Shown here: positions 18,154 to 27,423 of the stretch, piece after piece
Position numbering within the stretch: the first letter of the stretch is position 1
How the letters are laid out: each line of letters starts with the position of its first letter
Source: Candidatus Rikenella faecigallinarum
GTDB taxonomy: Bacteria > Bacteroidota > Bacteroidia > Bacteroidales > Rikenellaceae
Length of the DNA: 64,000 nucleotides
NCBI GenBank assembly: GCA_019113395.1
Contig: DXHL01000032.1
Coordinates: 39,034-103,033 of the forward strand
Direction of reading: 5' to 3'
Notes under the pieces: generated by a model
The model's database searches: none
The model's input: only the letters and a program-made list of their open reading frames with translations
What the model was told of the DNA's origin: nothing
Position numbers and translations under genes: made by a program

Positions 18154-19080
18154 CTACCTGTTTTCCGCCAGGAAACGTTCGCACTCCAGCGCGGCGATAC
18201 ACCCCGACCCGGCGGCCGTAATGGCCTGACGGTAGTGCGGGTCCTGCACGTCACCCGCCGCAAAGACACCGGGCACATTCGTCCGAGCGTGGTGGGTCGT
18301 GATGTATCCCTGCTCGTCGAGGTCGATTTGTCCCTTGACCAGTTCCGTATTGGGGTGGTGGCCGATGGCCAGGAAGAAGCCGTCCACCGCAATGCGCCGT
18401 TCGACACCGTCGTTCGAAACCAGCAGCACCCCGTTCACCCCGTTGTCATCGCCCAGCACTTCGCGGGTGTTGTGTTCGAAAATCACCTCGATGTTCGGCG
18501 TATTGAAAACCCGCTGCTGCATGGCCTTCGAGGCCCGCAGGTAATTCTTGCGGACAATCAGATAGACCTGTCGGCAGATAGAGGCCAGGTAGGTAGCCTC
18601 TTCGCAGGCGGTATCGCCGCCGCCGACCACCGCCACATCCTTCTTACGGTAGAAGAAGCCGTCGCACGTGGCACAGGCCGATACCCCCATACCGCGGTAT
18701 TTCTGTTCCGAGGGCAGCCCCAGGTACTTGGCCGAGGCCCCCGTGGCAATAATAATCGCTTCGGCCTCGAGCATCTTGGCCCCGCCGTCGATTTCCACCG
18801 TAAACGGCCGTGCGCTCAGGTCCAGACGCGTCACAATCCCGAACCGCACCTCCGTACCGAACCGTTCGGCCTGTTTCTTGAGGTCCTCCATCATGGCCGT
18901 CCCGGTAATCCCTTCGGGATAGCCCGGGAAGTTTTCGATTTCGGTCGTGGTGGTCAGCTGTCCCCCCGGCTCAATCCCCTCGTACACCACCGGGCTGAGG
19001 TTTGCACGCGCTGCATATATGGCCGCCGTGTATCCGGCCGGGCCGCTCCCGATAATCAGGCATTTGATTTTTTCGGTCAT
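18154..19080 (-). CDS. trxB: Thioredoxin-disulfide reductase
   Basis: 308 aa. IIGSGPAGYTAAIYAAR (FAD site), redox CATCDGFFY, VVGGGDTACEEA (NADPH site), GVFAAGDV. Confidence 0.95.
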   Translation of the reverse strand: MTEKIKCLIIGSGPAGYTAAIYAARANLSPVVYEGIEPGGQLTTTTEIENFPGYPEGITGTAMMEDLKKQAERFGTEVRFGIVTRLDLSARPFTVEIDGGAKMLEAEAIIIATGASAKYLGLPSEQKYRGMGVSACATCDGFFYRKKDVAVVGGGDTACEEATYLASICRQVYLIVRKNYLRASKAMQQRVFNTPNIEVIFEHNTREVLGDDNGVNGVLLVSNDGVERRIAVDGFFLAIGHHPNTELVKGQIDLDEQGYITTHHARTNVPGVFAAGDVQDPHYRQAITAAGSGCIAALECERFLAENR

Positions 19081-19131
19081 TTTTTACAGTTTTTTTAGTC
19101 AGAATTTCCCTGTCTCATGCAATCTTACGGA

Positions 19132-19139
19132 CAAAGTTA
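19132..19139 (-). promoter_or_regulatory. -7 box TAacTTTG for trxB
   Basis: Exact TAnnTTTG on the minus strand, 52 nt upstream of ATG 19080. Confidence 0.55.
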
Positions 19140-19208
19140 ATGATTTTTGCACAAGCTCACATACCCTTCATGCAATGCCTTCCGACAGGCCATTGATTGT
19201 TTTTTTTC

Positions 19209-19216
19209 TATCTTTG
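19209..19216 (+). promoter_or_regulatory. -7 box TAtcTTTG for the M23/LysM lipoprotein gene
   Basis: Exact TAnnTTTG. It ends 5 nt before GTG 19221 and 55 nt before the out-of-frame ATG 19271. Confidence 0.5.
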
Positions 19217-19220
19217 CTTC

Positions 19221-20951
19221 GTGAAACGATATCTTTTTCTCCACCATAAGCCTCTCCTGCACTATTGTTTATGGGGGGGCTTCTTATGTTTTGTGGTGAG
19301 CGGATGTTCGCCCCATCTGGCTGCGGTCGGTACCGGCGGGTTGCTGAGCCGTTCGTTCGACAACTACTCGCAATCGACCATCGTGCGCAGCGAAACCCAG
19401 ATGACAGCCGAGCGCCCGTTGGTAGCCTCCAGTACCCCGGTTCCCAAAAACGAGTCTACACGCGCCACATCGGCCACCAAGACCGAACGCGTGCGAGCTT
19501 CGCGGTGGCAGGTGATAGAACCCGAAGGATACACCGCTTCTCAGTCCGAGAGCAGTCGTCAGATGGCGGCAGCGGTGACACCCCGAGAGTCGGCCTACAC
19601 CGGCAACGCCTCCGGAAAGAGTGCAACGACACGCGCCAGCCGCATACCTCCGCGTTCAACGGGAATACCCAAAGCAACCGAATCCTCGGTAGCCTCGCTG
19701 GAAAATGTGACATTTGTCACACAAGAGACTGCCGCTCCCTCTACGACCACGAGCCTCTCCTCAGGCCCGGCTTACAGTTCATCCAGCTATTCGGAAACCG
19801 CGCCCACGGCAGCCGAGGCACCGCTGAGCCGCCGCGAACAACGAGCCCTGGACAAACAACGTCGCGAGGAGGCCAAACGTCTGCTGGCAGCACGTGAAAG
19901 CGAGACAACGGCAGCCGAATACAATGCCGTCCCGGTACGTGCCCCACAGCCTCAGAGACCCGCTTCGATTGCCGTACCCTCAGCCACCGTCCCGACACCG
20001 AACCTGTCGGCCACCGTGGCACAAGCGGTGACGATGCCCTCAGCCAACGTGACCAGCACCACCCAACCGACCTTCACCCAGTCGGAAAAAACCGTCACCC
20101 TTGCCGATGCCGGGACCGCTGCCGTTGCGCCGCCTGCCCACAACTTCAAGCCCAACGAAACGGAACACGTCAAGTTCTCCTACTACGACCCCTTTGGCGA
20201 GGGGAACAATCGTTTTCTGGTCGTATTGGGCGAACAGCGTTTCTGTTACCCCTATCCCGGGAAGTTCCTTTCGGGCTATGGACCTCGCGGACGCAGCATA
20301 CACACCGGCGTGGACATCAAAGGAGTCAAGAACGATACGATACGGGCAGCCTTTGCGGGTACCGTACGGATGTCGAAGCCCTACAGCGGATATGGAAACT
20401 GTGTAGTCATTCGCCACAAAAACGGACTGGAGACGCTCTATGCCCACAACAGCCGCAACCTGGTGCGTGTAGGCGATGTGGTACGGGCAGGCGACCCGAT
20501 TGCCCTTATCGGCCGCACGGGACGTGCCACGACCGAACATTGCCACTTCGAAGTGCGCATTCAGGGGCAGCACATCAACCCGGCTCTGATACTGGACGTA
20601 AACAACCACACGCTGCGGGAAGGCGTACTGTCGGTCACCAAGCAGTCCAACGGACGTATCGTGGCGGTCAATCGGGCGAGCGGGCTGGCTCCCTCGCAGG
20701 CAACGGATGTGGAAGACTCCTCCCCGTCTACGGTGGCTGCGGGCGGAGGCGAGACACGAATGGCCTCGAGCACCTCGTCCAAATCGAGCAGCAGCCGCAA
20801 TTCGGGCGCAACGACCTATACCGTAAAATCGGGTGACTCGCTGTGGAGCATTGCCCGGAAGTTCGGGACGACGATTAGCGCCTTGTGTACGCTGAACAAC
20901 CTTGACCGTGAGGCGACCCTGCCGTTGGGCAAGCGGTTGCGGATACGGTAA
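19221..20951 (+). CDS. M23 family metallopeptidase lipoprotein with C-terminal LysM domain
   Basis: The track start at 19197 is TTG. The GTG at 19221 gives MKRYLFLHHKPLLHYCLWGGFLCFVVSGC (n-region plus lipobox), but the start is uncertain (see findings). M23 motifs HTGVDIKG and TTEHCHFEVR. LysM: YTVKSGDSLWSIARKFGTTISALCTLNNL. Confidence 0.85.
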   Translation: MKRYLFLHHKPLLHYCLWGGFLCFVVSGCSPHLAAVGTGGLLSRSFDNYSQSTIVRSETQMTAERPLVASSTPVPKNESTRATSATKTERVRASRWQVIEPEGYTASQSESSRQMAAAVTPRESAYTGNASGKSATTRASRIPPRSTGIPKATESSVASLENVTFVTQETAAPSTTTSLSSGPAYSSSSYSETAPTAAEAPLSRREQRALDKQRREEAKRLLAARESETTAAEYNAVPVRAPQPQRPASIAVPSATVPTPNLSATVAQAVTMPSANVTSTTQPTFTQSEKTVTLADAGTAAVAPPAHNFKPNETEHVKFSYYDPFGEGNNRFLVVLGEQRFCYPYPGKFLSGYGPRGRSIHTGVDIKGVKNDTIRAAFAGTVRMSKPYSGYGNCVVIRHKNGLETLYAHNSRNLVRVGDVVRAGDPIALIGRTGRATTEHCHFEVRIQGQHINPALILDVNNHTLREGVLSVTKQSNGRIVAVNRASGLAPSQATDVEDSSPSTVAAGGGETRMASSTSSKSSSSRNSGATTYTVKSGDSLWSIARKFGTTISALCTLNNLDREATLPLGKRLRIR

Positions 20952-20969
20952 GGGGAAAATCATGATTAT

Positions 20970-21015
20970 AAATCGAGCGGGGGACCCATCCAACGATGGG
21001 TCCCCCGCTCGATTT
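20970..21015. terminator. Bidirectional hairpin between convergent M23/LysM gene and feo operon
   Basis: aaatcgagcgggggacccatc caac gatgggtcccccgctcgattt. A 21-bp perfect stem. Confidence 0.8.
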
Positions 21016-21019
21016 CAGG

Positions 21020-21211
21020 TCACTTTCGTTTCGATTTCGCCTTACACTGCTCGACCAGCGCACAACCTTCGCAACCGCTGCACTCGCCCGCTGCATGCGA
21101 GCCGCCCGAACAGCCGCAACCACCGCCGCCGCGCAACCGTCGCACCAGACGCCACACCACAATCCCCGCACACACAGCCACAATCAAGCCAACGATAATA
21201 TCCTGTCCCAT
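21020..21211 (-). CDS. FeoB-associated Cys-rich membrane protein
   Basis: 63 aa. MGQDIIVGLIVAVCAGIVVWRLVRRLRGGGGCGCSGG...CSGCEGC is a TM helix plus Cys/Gly cluster. Starts 22 nt downstream of the feoB stop on the same strand. Confidence 0.7.
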   Translation of the reverse strand: MGQDIIVGLIVAVCAGIVVWRLVRRLRGGGGCGCSGGSHAAGECSGCEGCALVEQCKAKSKRK

Positions 21212-21232
21212 AACACAAATTCTAACAAATAG

Positions 21233-23728
21233 TTATCCAATCAGTCGGGAGCCGATTTGGAAGATACCCCAGGCAACCACCCAGGCCAACAGGGTGGTAT
21301 AAATCACCGTGAAGGCAGCCCATTTCCACCCCGCCTCCTTGCGGATGGCGGCAATGGCCGCAATGCAGGGGAAATAGAGCAGGATAAAAATCATCATACC
21401 GTAGGCCACCAGCGGCGTGTAGACCGGCTGTCCCGCCTTGCTTCCCGAGGTGTAGCGCTGGTTTTGGAGACTGCGCACCAGGGCACGGTCCACTTCGGCC
21501 GATTCCTCTTCCACATCCGAGGCCTGAACTGCCACGTCGGGCACTCCGCTACCTGCCGAATCGGCCACTGCCACCGGGGTATTCAACACCGCCATCGTAC
21601 TGACTACAATCTCTTTGGCCGCCAATCCGCTCAGGAGGCTGACTCCGATTTTCCAGTCGAAACCGAGCGGCCGTATGACCGGTTCAATCGTATGTCCCAG
21701 GCGGCCGATGTAGGAGTTTTCGGCCTGCCACTCGGCAGCTGCCTCGGGCGTATGAGCCATGGTCTCCTGCTGCGTCTGCGAGGGACGCGGGAAGTAACCC
21801 AACGCCCATATCAACACCGATGCCACCAAAATCACCGTCCCCATTTTGCGCAGGTACTGCGACCCTTTGCTCCACATGTGCCGCACGACGCTGCGCCCCG
21901 TGGGAATGCGGTACGGCGGAAGTTCCATGACAAAGGGAGCCTCTTCGCGGTGGAAAAGGATGCGTTTGAGCAGCAGCGACGAGAGCACCGCCACCACAAT
22001 CCCAATCAGATAGATGGACATCAGCACAAGCCCCTGATAAGCGGGGAAAAAGGCCGAGATAAGGAGCACGTAGACCGGCAGACGCGCCGAGCAAGACATG
22101 AAGGGGATGATGAGCATCGTCAGGATACGGTCCTTACGGCTTTCGAGCGTGCGGGTGGCCATAATGGCCGGGACGTTGCAGCCGAACCCCATCAGGAGCG
22201 GGATGAACGATTTGCCGTGCAGGCCGATGCGGTGCATGAAACGGTCCATGAGGAAGGCCGTGCGTGCCATGTAGCCCGTGTCCTCCATCAGGGAGATAAA
22301 GAAGAAGAGAATCAGGATTTGGGGCAGGAAGACGATGACCCCGCCGACACCGCTGACCACCCCGTCTACGACCAGGTCGCGCAGCGACCCTTCGGGGATG
22401 ATTCGGGAGAGCCATTCGCCGAGCCATGCCACGCCGCTCTCCATCCACCCGGCGGGAATTTCGCCGAGCGAGAAGGTAGCCTGGAACATCACCCACATCA
22501 GCAGCAGGAAAATCGGGAAACCCCATATCCGATGGGTCATGATACGGTCGATGCGGGTCGCCCGGCTGTTCTTGTCCACCGTGCCCGGCACGAACGTCTC
22601 ACCCAGCGCCCCCGCAATAAAGCCGTACCGCGCATTGGCAATGACCGTTTCGGTACGGTCGTTGTAGAAACGCTCCAAACGGGCGCTCTCCCGCTCGACG
22701 GCCGCCTGAATCTCCGCATAATTCTTCACCCCCGCCAACAGCCCCAGCGTATCACGGTCCCCCTCAAGCAGCTTGATGGCCAGATAGCGCGACGAATAGT
22801 GAGCCACAATGTCGCTGTCCTGCCATATCAGGTTCTGCAGCACGTTGATGCTCCGCTCGATATCCTCGCCGTAGTTGATGTGAATATGCCGTACGGTGGG
22901 GTCATTATCCTCAAAAACCGAAACCACACGGTCGAACAGACGCTCCACCCCCTCGCCTTTCGAGGCCACCGTAGGCACTATCGGAATCCCAATCATCCGA
23001 CCTAACGCCTCGTAGTCAAATCGGGCGCCGCTCGCCTCCAGCTCGTCGTACATGTTCAGGGCAATCACCACCTTGAGGTTCATGTCGATAAGCTGCGTGG
23101 TCAGAAAGAGGTTCCGCTCCAGATTCGAAGCATCCACCACGTTAATCACCACGTCGGGCATCTGCTCCAAAATGTGGCGTCGCACGTAGAGCTCCTCAGG
23201 CGTATATTCCGTAATCGAGTAGGTCCCGGGAAGGTCGGCCAGATGCAGCGTATAGCCCTTGTGGTGCGCCACAGCCTCTTTGGCTTCGACCGTCACCCCG
23301 CTGTAGTTCCCCACCCGTTCGTGCGACCCGCTCGCCAAATTGAAAAGCGACGTCTTGCCGCAGTTCGGGTTGCCCACCAACGCCACATTGACGGTCCGTC
23401 CCGCCGCATGACGCACACGCTCCACCGTCTCATCCTCCCACACCACCTGCGCCTGCGGCAGCTCCACCGTCCCGGCCTCCGACTCCGGCACCACCTCTAT
23501 CAGGTCGGCCTCGCTGCGCCGCAAGGCAATGTGGTACCCCATAATCTCATACTCCACCGGGTCGAGCAACGGTGCATTCTTGATAACCGTCACCCGCTTG
23601 CCGCGGATAAATCCCATCTCCGTAATCCGTTTGCGGAACGAGCCGTGGCCCCGCACCTTCGTAATCACGCCGCTTTCGGCCGTGGAGAGCTCCGACAGAC
23701 GTCGGCAGAGAGTCGTTTCGTTTCCCAT
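21233..23728 (-). CDS. feoB: Ferrous iron transporter, FeoA-FeoB fusion
   Basis: Trimmed to ATG 23728 (MGNETTLCRRLSELS...). N-terminal FeoA/SH3-like segment (VITKVRGHGSFRKRITEMGFIRGKRVTVI). G-domain GNPNCGKTSLFN, DLPGTYS. Polytopic C-terminal permease. Confidence 0.93.
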   Translation of the reverse strand: MGNETTLCRRLSELSTAESGVITKVRGHGSFRKRITEMGFIRGKRVTVIKNAPLLDPVEYEIMGYHIALRRSEADLIEVVPESEAGTVELPQAQVVWEDETVERVRHAAGRTVNVALVGNPNCGKTSLFNLASGSHERVGNYSGVTVEAKEAVAHHKGYTLHLADLPGTYSITEYTPEELYVRRHILEQMPDVVINVVDASNLERNLFLTTQLIDMNLKVVIALNMYDELEASGARFDYEALGRMIGIPIVPTVASKGEGVERLFDRVVSVFEDNDPTVRHIHINYGEDIERSINVLQNLIWQDSDIVAHYSSRYLAIKLLEGDRDTLGLLAGVKNYAEIQAAVERESARLERFYNDRTETVIANARYGFIAGALGETFVPGTVDKNSRATRIDRIMTHRIWGFPIFLLLMWVMFQATFSLGEIPAGWMESGVAWLGEWLSRIIPEGSLRDLVVDGVVSGVGGVIVFLPQILILFFFISLMEDTGYMARTAFLMDRFMHRIGLHGKSFIPLLMGFGCNVPAIMATRTLESRKDRILTMLIIPFMSCSARLPVYVLLISAFFPAYQGLVLMSIYLIGIVVAVLSSLLLKRILFHREEAPFVMELPPYRIPTGRSVVRHMWSKGSQYLRKMGTVILVASVLIWALGYFPRPSQTQQETMAHTPEAAAEWQAENSYIGRLGHTIEPVIRPLGFDWKIGVSLLSGLAAKEIVVSTMAVLNTPVAVADSAGSGVPDVAVQASDVEEESAEVDRALVRSLQNQRYTSGSKAGQPVYTPLVAYGMMIFILLYFPCIAAIAAIRKEAGWKWAAFTVIYTTLLAWVVAWGIFQIGSRLIG

Positions 23729-23748
23729 AGGCTGTTTCAATCCGGGGA

Positions 23749-23756
23749 CAAAGATA
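23749..23756 (-). promoter_or_regulatory. -7 box TAtcTTTG for feoAB
   Basis: Exact TAnnTTTG on the minus strand, 21 nt upstream of ATG 23728. A second box TAttTTTG lies at 23781-23788. Confidence 0.6.
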
Positions 23757-23926
23757 GCCAATCCCCCGCATCCGAGTATGCAAAAATAGCGTATCGTTCC
23801 CAGGCGCATTATCCCCCGTTGTGGGGATAATGCGCCGCCCCTCTCCCCACTGTTAGGGAGCGAAAGGCTCTCAAAATTTAACCTTTTCTTCATATCCTGC
23901 TTTCCTTTGGCCGATTTTTTGTATCT

Positions 23927-23934
23927 TACCTTTG
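23927..23934 (+). promoter_or_regulatory. -7 box TAccTTTG for ppk-ppx
   Basis: Exact TAnnTTTG, 38 nt upstream of ATG 23972. Confidence 0.6.
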
Positions 23935-23971
23935 TGGGGCAAAACAGATACGAATACTACGAATACGATTT

Positions 23972-26041
23972 ATGGCTATGCTATACAACCGAGAACTGAG
24001 CTGGATATCGTTCAACGAACGCGTCATGCAGGAGGCACAGGACAAAAGCGTTCCGCTGCTCCAACGCCTCCGTTTTCTGGGCATCTACTCCAACAACATG
24101 GATGAATTTTTCAAAGTGCGGGTGGCCAACCTCGAACGGATGATGCTGCTGCGCGGAGCACACACCAAAGAGATGCAGGGCGGCGACACACTCGAGGTGC
24201 TGCTGGGTAAGATATACGACCGCCTCAACGGCCTCCAGCAGACCTTCGAACAGACCTACAACGAGATACTGTCCGAAATGGAGAGCCACGGCATTTACAT
24301 CGTGGACGAGACCCGACTCACTGAAGCTCAGGCCGCCTTCTGCCGCGACTATTTTGCCGACAAAATCAGCCCGTTGCTGGTGCCGCTGCTGGTGCGCAAA
24401 AGCACCAAACTCCCCTTCCTGCGTGATGGACACATCTACCACGCCGTGCGCATGAGCGGACCGGAACCCAAATCGTCGCCTCGCTATGCCGTGGTCGAAA
24501 TCCCCAGCACGGCCACTCTGCCCCGTTTTATCGTGCTGCCCCCGTCGGCCGAGGGACGCACCGAGATTATTTTTGTGGACGACATTATCCGTCTGTGTCT
24601 GGACGATGTCTTTTTCATGTTCGACTTCGAACGCATCGAGGCATATGCTTTCAAGTTCATGCGCGATGCCGAGATGTCGCTCGACGATGATGTGAACAAA
24701 AGCATCATCGAAAAGATGGAACAGGGCATCAACAAACGCAAACACGGTCGTCCGGTGCGCATGGTCTACGACAAGGCGATGCCCGCCGACCTGCTGGAGA
24801 CCATCACCACCAAACTGGGGCTGCGGGCCGGCGACAATGTCAGTCCCGGCGGCCGCTACCACCTGATGCGCGACCTGATGAAGTTCCCCAAGGTGGCACC
24901 CGAGCTGGAATACCACAATCCCGCTCCGCTGCGACACCCGGCCATTCAGCCCTTCTCGAGCATCATCGACGTGATTCGTCGCCAGGATATTCTGCTGAAC
25001 TACCCCTACCACACCTTCAACCACTTTATCGACTTTCTGCGCGAAGCGGCCATGGACCCCAAGACGGTAAGCATCAGCATGACCCTCTACCGCACGGCCG
25101 ACCATTCGAAGATTATCCGCACGCTGATTAATGCCGCCAAGAACGGCAAAAAGGTGCTGGTCTTTATGGAACTGCTGGCGCGCTTCGACGAGGAGCGTAA
25201 CATGGAGAATGCCGAGACGCTGCGGCAGGCGGGGATTAAGGTGCTCTATGGCATTGAGGGGCTGAAGGTGCACAGCAAACTGGTGCTGGTCGAACGGCGC
25301 GAAGGGGCCAAAATCAAAGGATACACCCACATCGGAACGGGCAACTTCAACGAAAACACGGCAGGCATCTACAGCGACTTTTCGCTCTTCACGGCCAACC
25401 AGCAGATAGCCGACGATGCCCGTGCGGTGTTCGAATTCCTGCAGACCAGCTACAAGCACATGGACACGCGTCAGCTGCTGGTCTCGCCGTTCAACATGCG
25501 CAAGAGTTTCGAAGAGCTGATTGACGCCGAAATCGACAACGCCCGCAAAAAGAAGAAAGCCTATATCTACGCCAAGTGCAACAGCCTGACCGACGAAAAA
25601 ATCATCCAACGGCTCTACAAGGCGAGTGCCGCCGGGGTCAAGGTTCGGTTGATTGTACGGGGAGCCTGCTGTCTGATGCCGGGGCAGGAGGAAATCAGCG
25701 AGCACATCCGCGCCATCAGTATCGTGGACAAGTATCTGGAGCATGCACGCCTCTTTATCTTCTGCAACGGAGGCAAAGAACGGGTCTACATCGGGAGTGC
25801 CGACTGGATGACGCGCAACCTCAACCGCCGGGTCGAAGTGATTACGCCGATACTGGACAAACGGATACAGGCAGAGCTGCGTCAGTTCTTCTCCATCCAG
25901 TGGCACGACACGGTGAAGGCGCGCGACCTGGACAACCCGCTCTGGAACCGCTACCGCGGCGACGAGGAGGATACGCCGCTCGACCAGCGCATACGCTCGC
26001 AGGTGGCCCTCTACGACTACTACGCGTCACTCGAGAAATAA
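23972..26041 (+). CDS. ppk: Polyphosphate kinase 1
   Basis: 689 aa. NRELSWISFNERVMQEA at the N-terminus and two PLD-like HKD-type segments (LKVHSKLVLVERRE; the second near the C-terminus). Confidence 0.96.
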   Translation: MAMLYNRELSWISFNERVMQEAQDKSVPLLQRLRFLGIYSNNMDEFFKVRVANLERMMLLRGAHTKEMQGGDTLEVLLGKIYDRLNGLQQTFEQTYNEILSEMESHGIYIVDETRLTEAQAAFCRDYFADKISPLLVPLLVRKSTKLPFLRDGHIYHAVRMSGPEPKSSPRYAVVEIPSTATLPRFIVLPPSAEGRTEIIFVDDIIRLCLDDVFFMFDFERIEAYAFKFMRDAEMSLDDDVNKSIIEKMEQGINKRKHGRPVRMVYDKAMPADLLETITTKLGLRAGDNVSPGGRYHLMRDLMKFPKVAPELEYHNPAPLRHPAIQPFSSIIDVIRRQDILLNYPYHTFNHFIDFLREAAMDPKTVSISMTLYRTADHSKIIRTLINAAKNGKKVLVFMELLARFDEERNMENAETLRQAGIKVLYGIEGLKVHSKLVLVERREGAKIKGYTHIGTGNFNENTAGIYSDFSLFTANQQIADDARAVFEFLQTSYKHMDTRQLLVSPFNMRKSFEELIDAEIDNARKKKKAYIYAKCNSLTDEKIIQRLYKASAAGVKVRLIVRGACCLMPGQEEISEHIRAISIVDKYLEHARLFIFCNGGKERVYIGSADWMTRNLNRRVEVITPILDKRIQAELRQFFSIQWHDTVKARDLDNPLWNRYRGDEEDTPLDQRIRSQVALYDYYASLEK

Positions 26042-26128
26042 TCTTCACGGTCCGATGCAATGGGTGAGCCGAACATTCCCGATTTTTGGTTATATTTCAT
26101 CTCTGAAAACCACAAAATCGCACGCCTT

Positions 26129-27025
26129 ATGGGAAGCTACACCTTCGGAGCCATCGACATCGGCTCCAACGCCATACGTCTGCTCATTACCACCGTCGAG
26201 GAGTATCCCGACCAGGTGGAGTTCAAGAAAAGTGCCTTTCTGCGGGTGCCGATACGCCTCGGAGAGGATGTTTTCACGCAGGGAGCCGTCAGCGACCAGA
26301 AACGCGAACGGATGTGCGAGGCGATGGAGGGTTTTGCCCACATTATGCGGGCCTACGGGGTGCAGGACTATCGGGCCTACGCCACCAGCGCCATGCGCGA
26401 AGCCAAAAACGGACCGGAGATTACCGACTATATCCGCCAGAAAAGCGGTATCGCGATTGAAATCATCAGCGGACAACTCGAAGCCGACACCATCTTTGCC
26501 AACGGGCTGGTCGATATTCTGGCGGCCGACAAGACCTACCTCTATGTCGATGTGGGCGGGGGGAGCACCGAGGTGATTGTCTACAGCAACCGCACGAAGG
26601 TCGAAGCGCGGTCGTTTGCGCTGGGTACGGTGCGTATTCTCTCCGATGCCGTAGACAAGGAGGAGATGAAACGGTTTAAGAAGTGGCTGTCGGCCATCGG
26701 GAAAAAGTATCAACCCACGACCATCATCGGGTCGGGCGGAAACATCAACAAGGCCCAAAAACTGCTCAACAAAAAAGACCGCGAGAACATCACCCGCTCG
26801 GAACTCGACATGCTCTACCGCTACATCAAGAGTTTCAGTTTTGCCGAACGGGTCCACACGATGCGCCTGGCGACCTATCGGGCGGATGTGATTGTGCCGG
26901 CCATGAAACTCTTTCTGACGGTCTGCAACCAGTGCGGCATTGAGGAGATTGTGGTGCCGAAGATGGGGCTTTCGGACGGCATTATCCGCACACTGTATGC
27001 GCAACATAAAGGGAGCGGCGCTTAA
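26129..27025 (+). CDS. ppx: Exopolyphosphatase / Ppx-GppA family phosphatase
   Basis: The upstream ATG at 26060 is possible, but ATG 26129 gives the canonical N-terminus MGSYTFGAIDIGSNAIRLLI. DVGGGSTE phosphate-2 motif. Directly follows ppk. Confidence 0.88.
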   Translation: MGSYTFGAIDIGSNAIRLLITTVEEYPDQVEFKKSAFLRVPIRLGEDVFTQGAVSDQKRERMCEAMEGFAHIMRAYGVQDYRAYATSAMREAKNGPEITDYIRQKSGIAIEIISGQLEADTIFANGLVDILAADKTYLYVDVGGGSTEVIVYSNRTKVEARSFALGTVRILSDAVDKEEMKRFKKWLSAIGKKYQPTTIIGSGGNINKAQKLLNKKDRENITRSELDMLYRYIKSFSFAERVHTMRLATYRADVIVPAMKLFLTVCNQCGIEEIVVPKMGLSDGIIRTLYAQHKGSGA

Positions 27026-27066
27026 TCCGTTCGCCACACGATTTTCCGCCTCAGCGGCTCGTATGT

Positions 27067-27113
27067 AAGCAGTAGGGGCCTTGTGGATATGTTCCACAAG
27101 GCCCCTACTGCTT
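27067..27113. terminator. Bidirectional hairpin between ppx and the His-rich lipoprotein gene
   Basis: aagcagtaggggccttgtgga tatgt tccacaaggcccctactgctt. A 21-bp perfect stem. Confidence 0.8.
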
Positions 27114-27126
27114 TCCACACCCCGCA

Positions 27127-27399
27127 CTACGGCTCAGCAGGCGGCAGCGGTTCGGCTACGCGTCGCTGCGGCTCCCCTGCGGGTGCCGGTGGCGGAACCT
27201 CACCCCGACGATGCTTCGGAGGTTTCGGCTTATGGGGCTTGTGATGCTTCGAATGGTGCCCCGGAGGTCTGTGATGCAGATGGTGGTGATGGGGATGCGG
27301 AGCTTCGGGACCCCGTGCCGGCGGACGCACAGCACACGATGCCAACATAAGTATCGACAGCACCAACACCCAACGGATTCCAATGTGTTTGCGTTTCAT
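27127..27399 (-). CDS. His/Pro-rich small lipoprotein (hypothetical)
   Basis: 90 aa. MKRKHIGIRWVLVLSILMLASC is a signal peptide plus lipobox. The mature part is HPHHHHLHHRPPGHHSKHHKPHKPKPPKH... TAcaTTTG box 25 nt upstream and a 21-bp terminator hairpin downstream. Confidence 0.6.
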   Translation of the reverse strand: MKRKHIGIRWVLVLSILMLASCAVRPPARGPEAPHPHHHHLHHRPPGHHSKHHKPHKPKPPKHRRGEVPPPAPAGEPQRRVAEPLPPAEP

Positions 27400-27423
27400 G
27401 GGCTTCAGGATTTGTGGTTGTCA

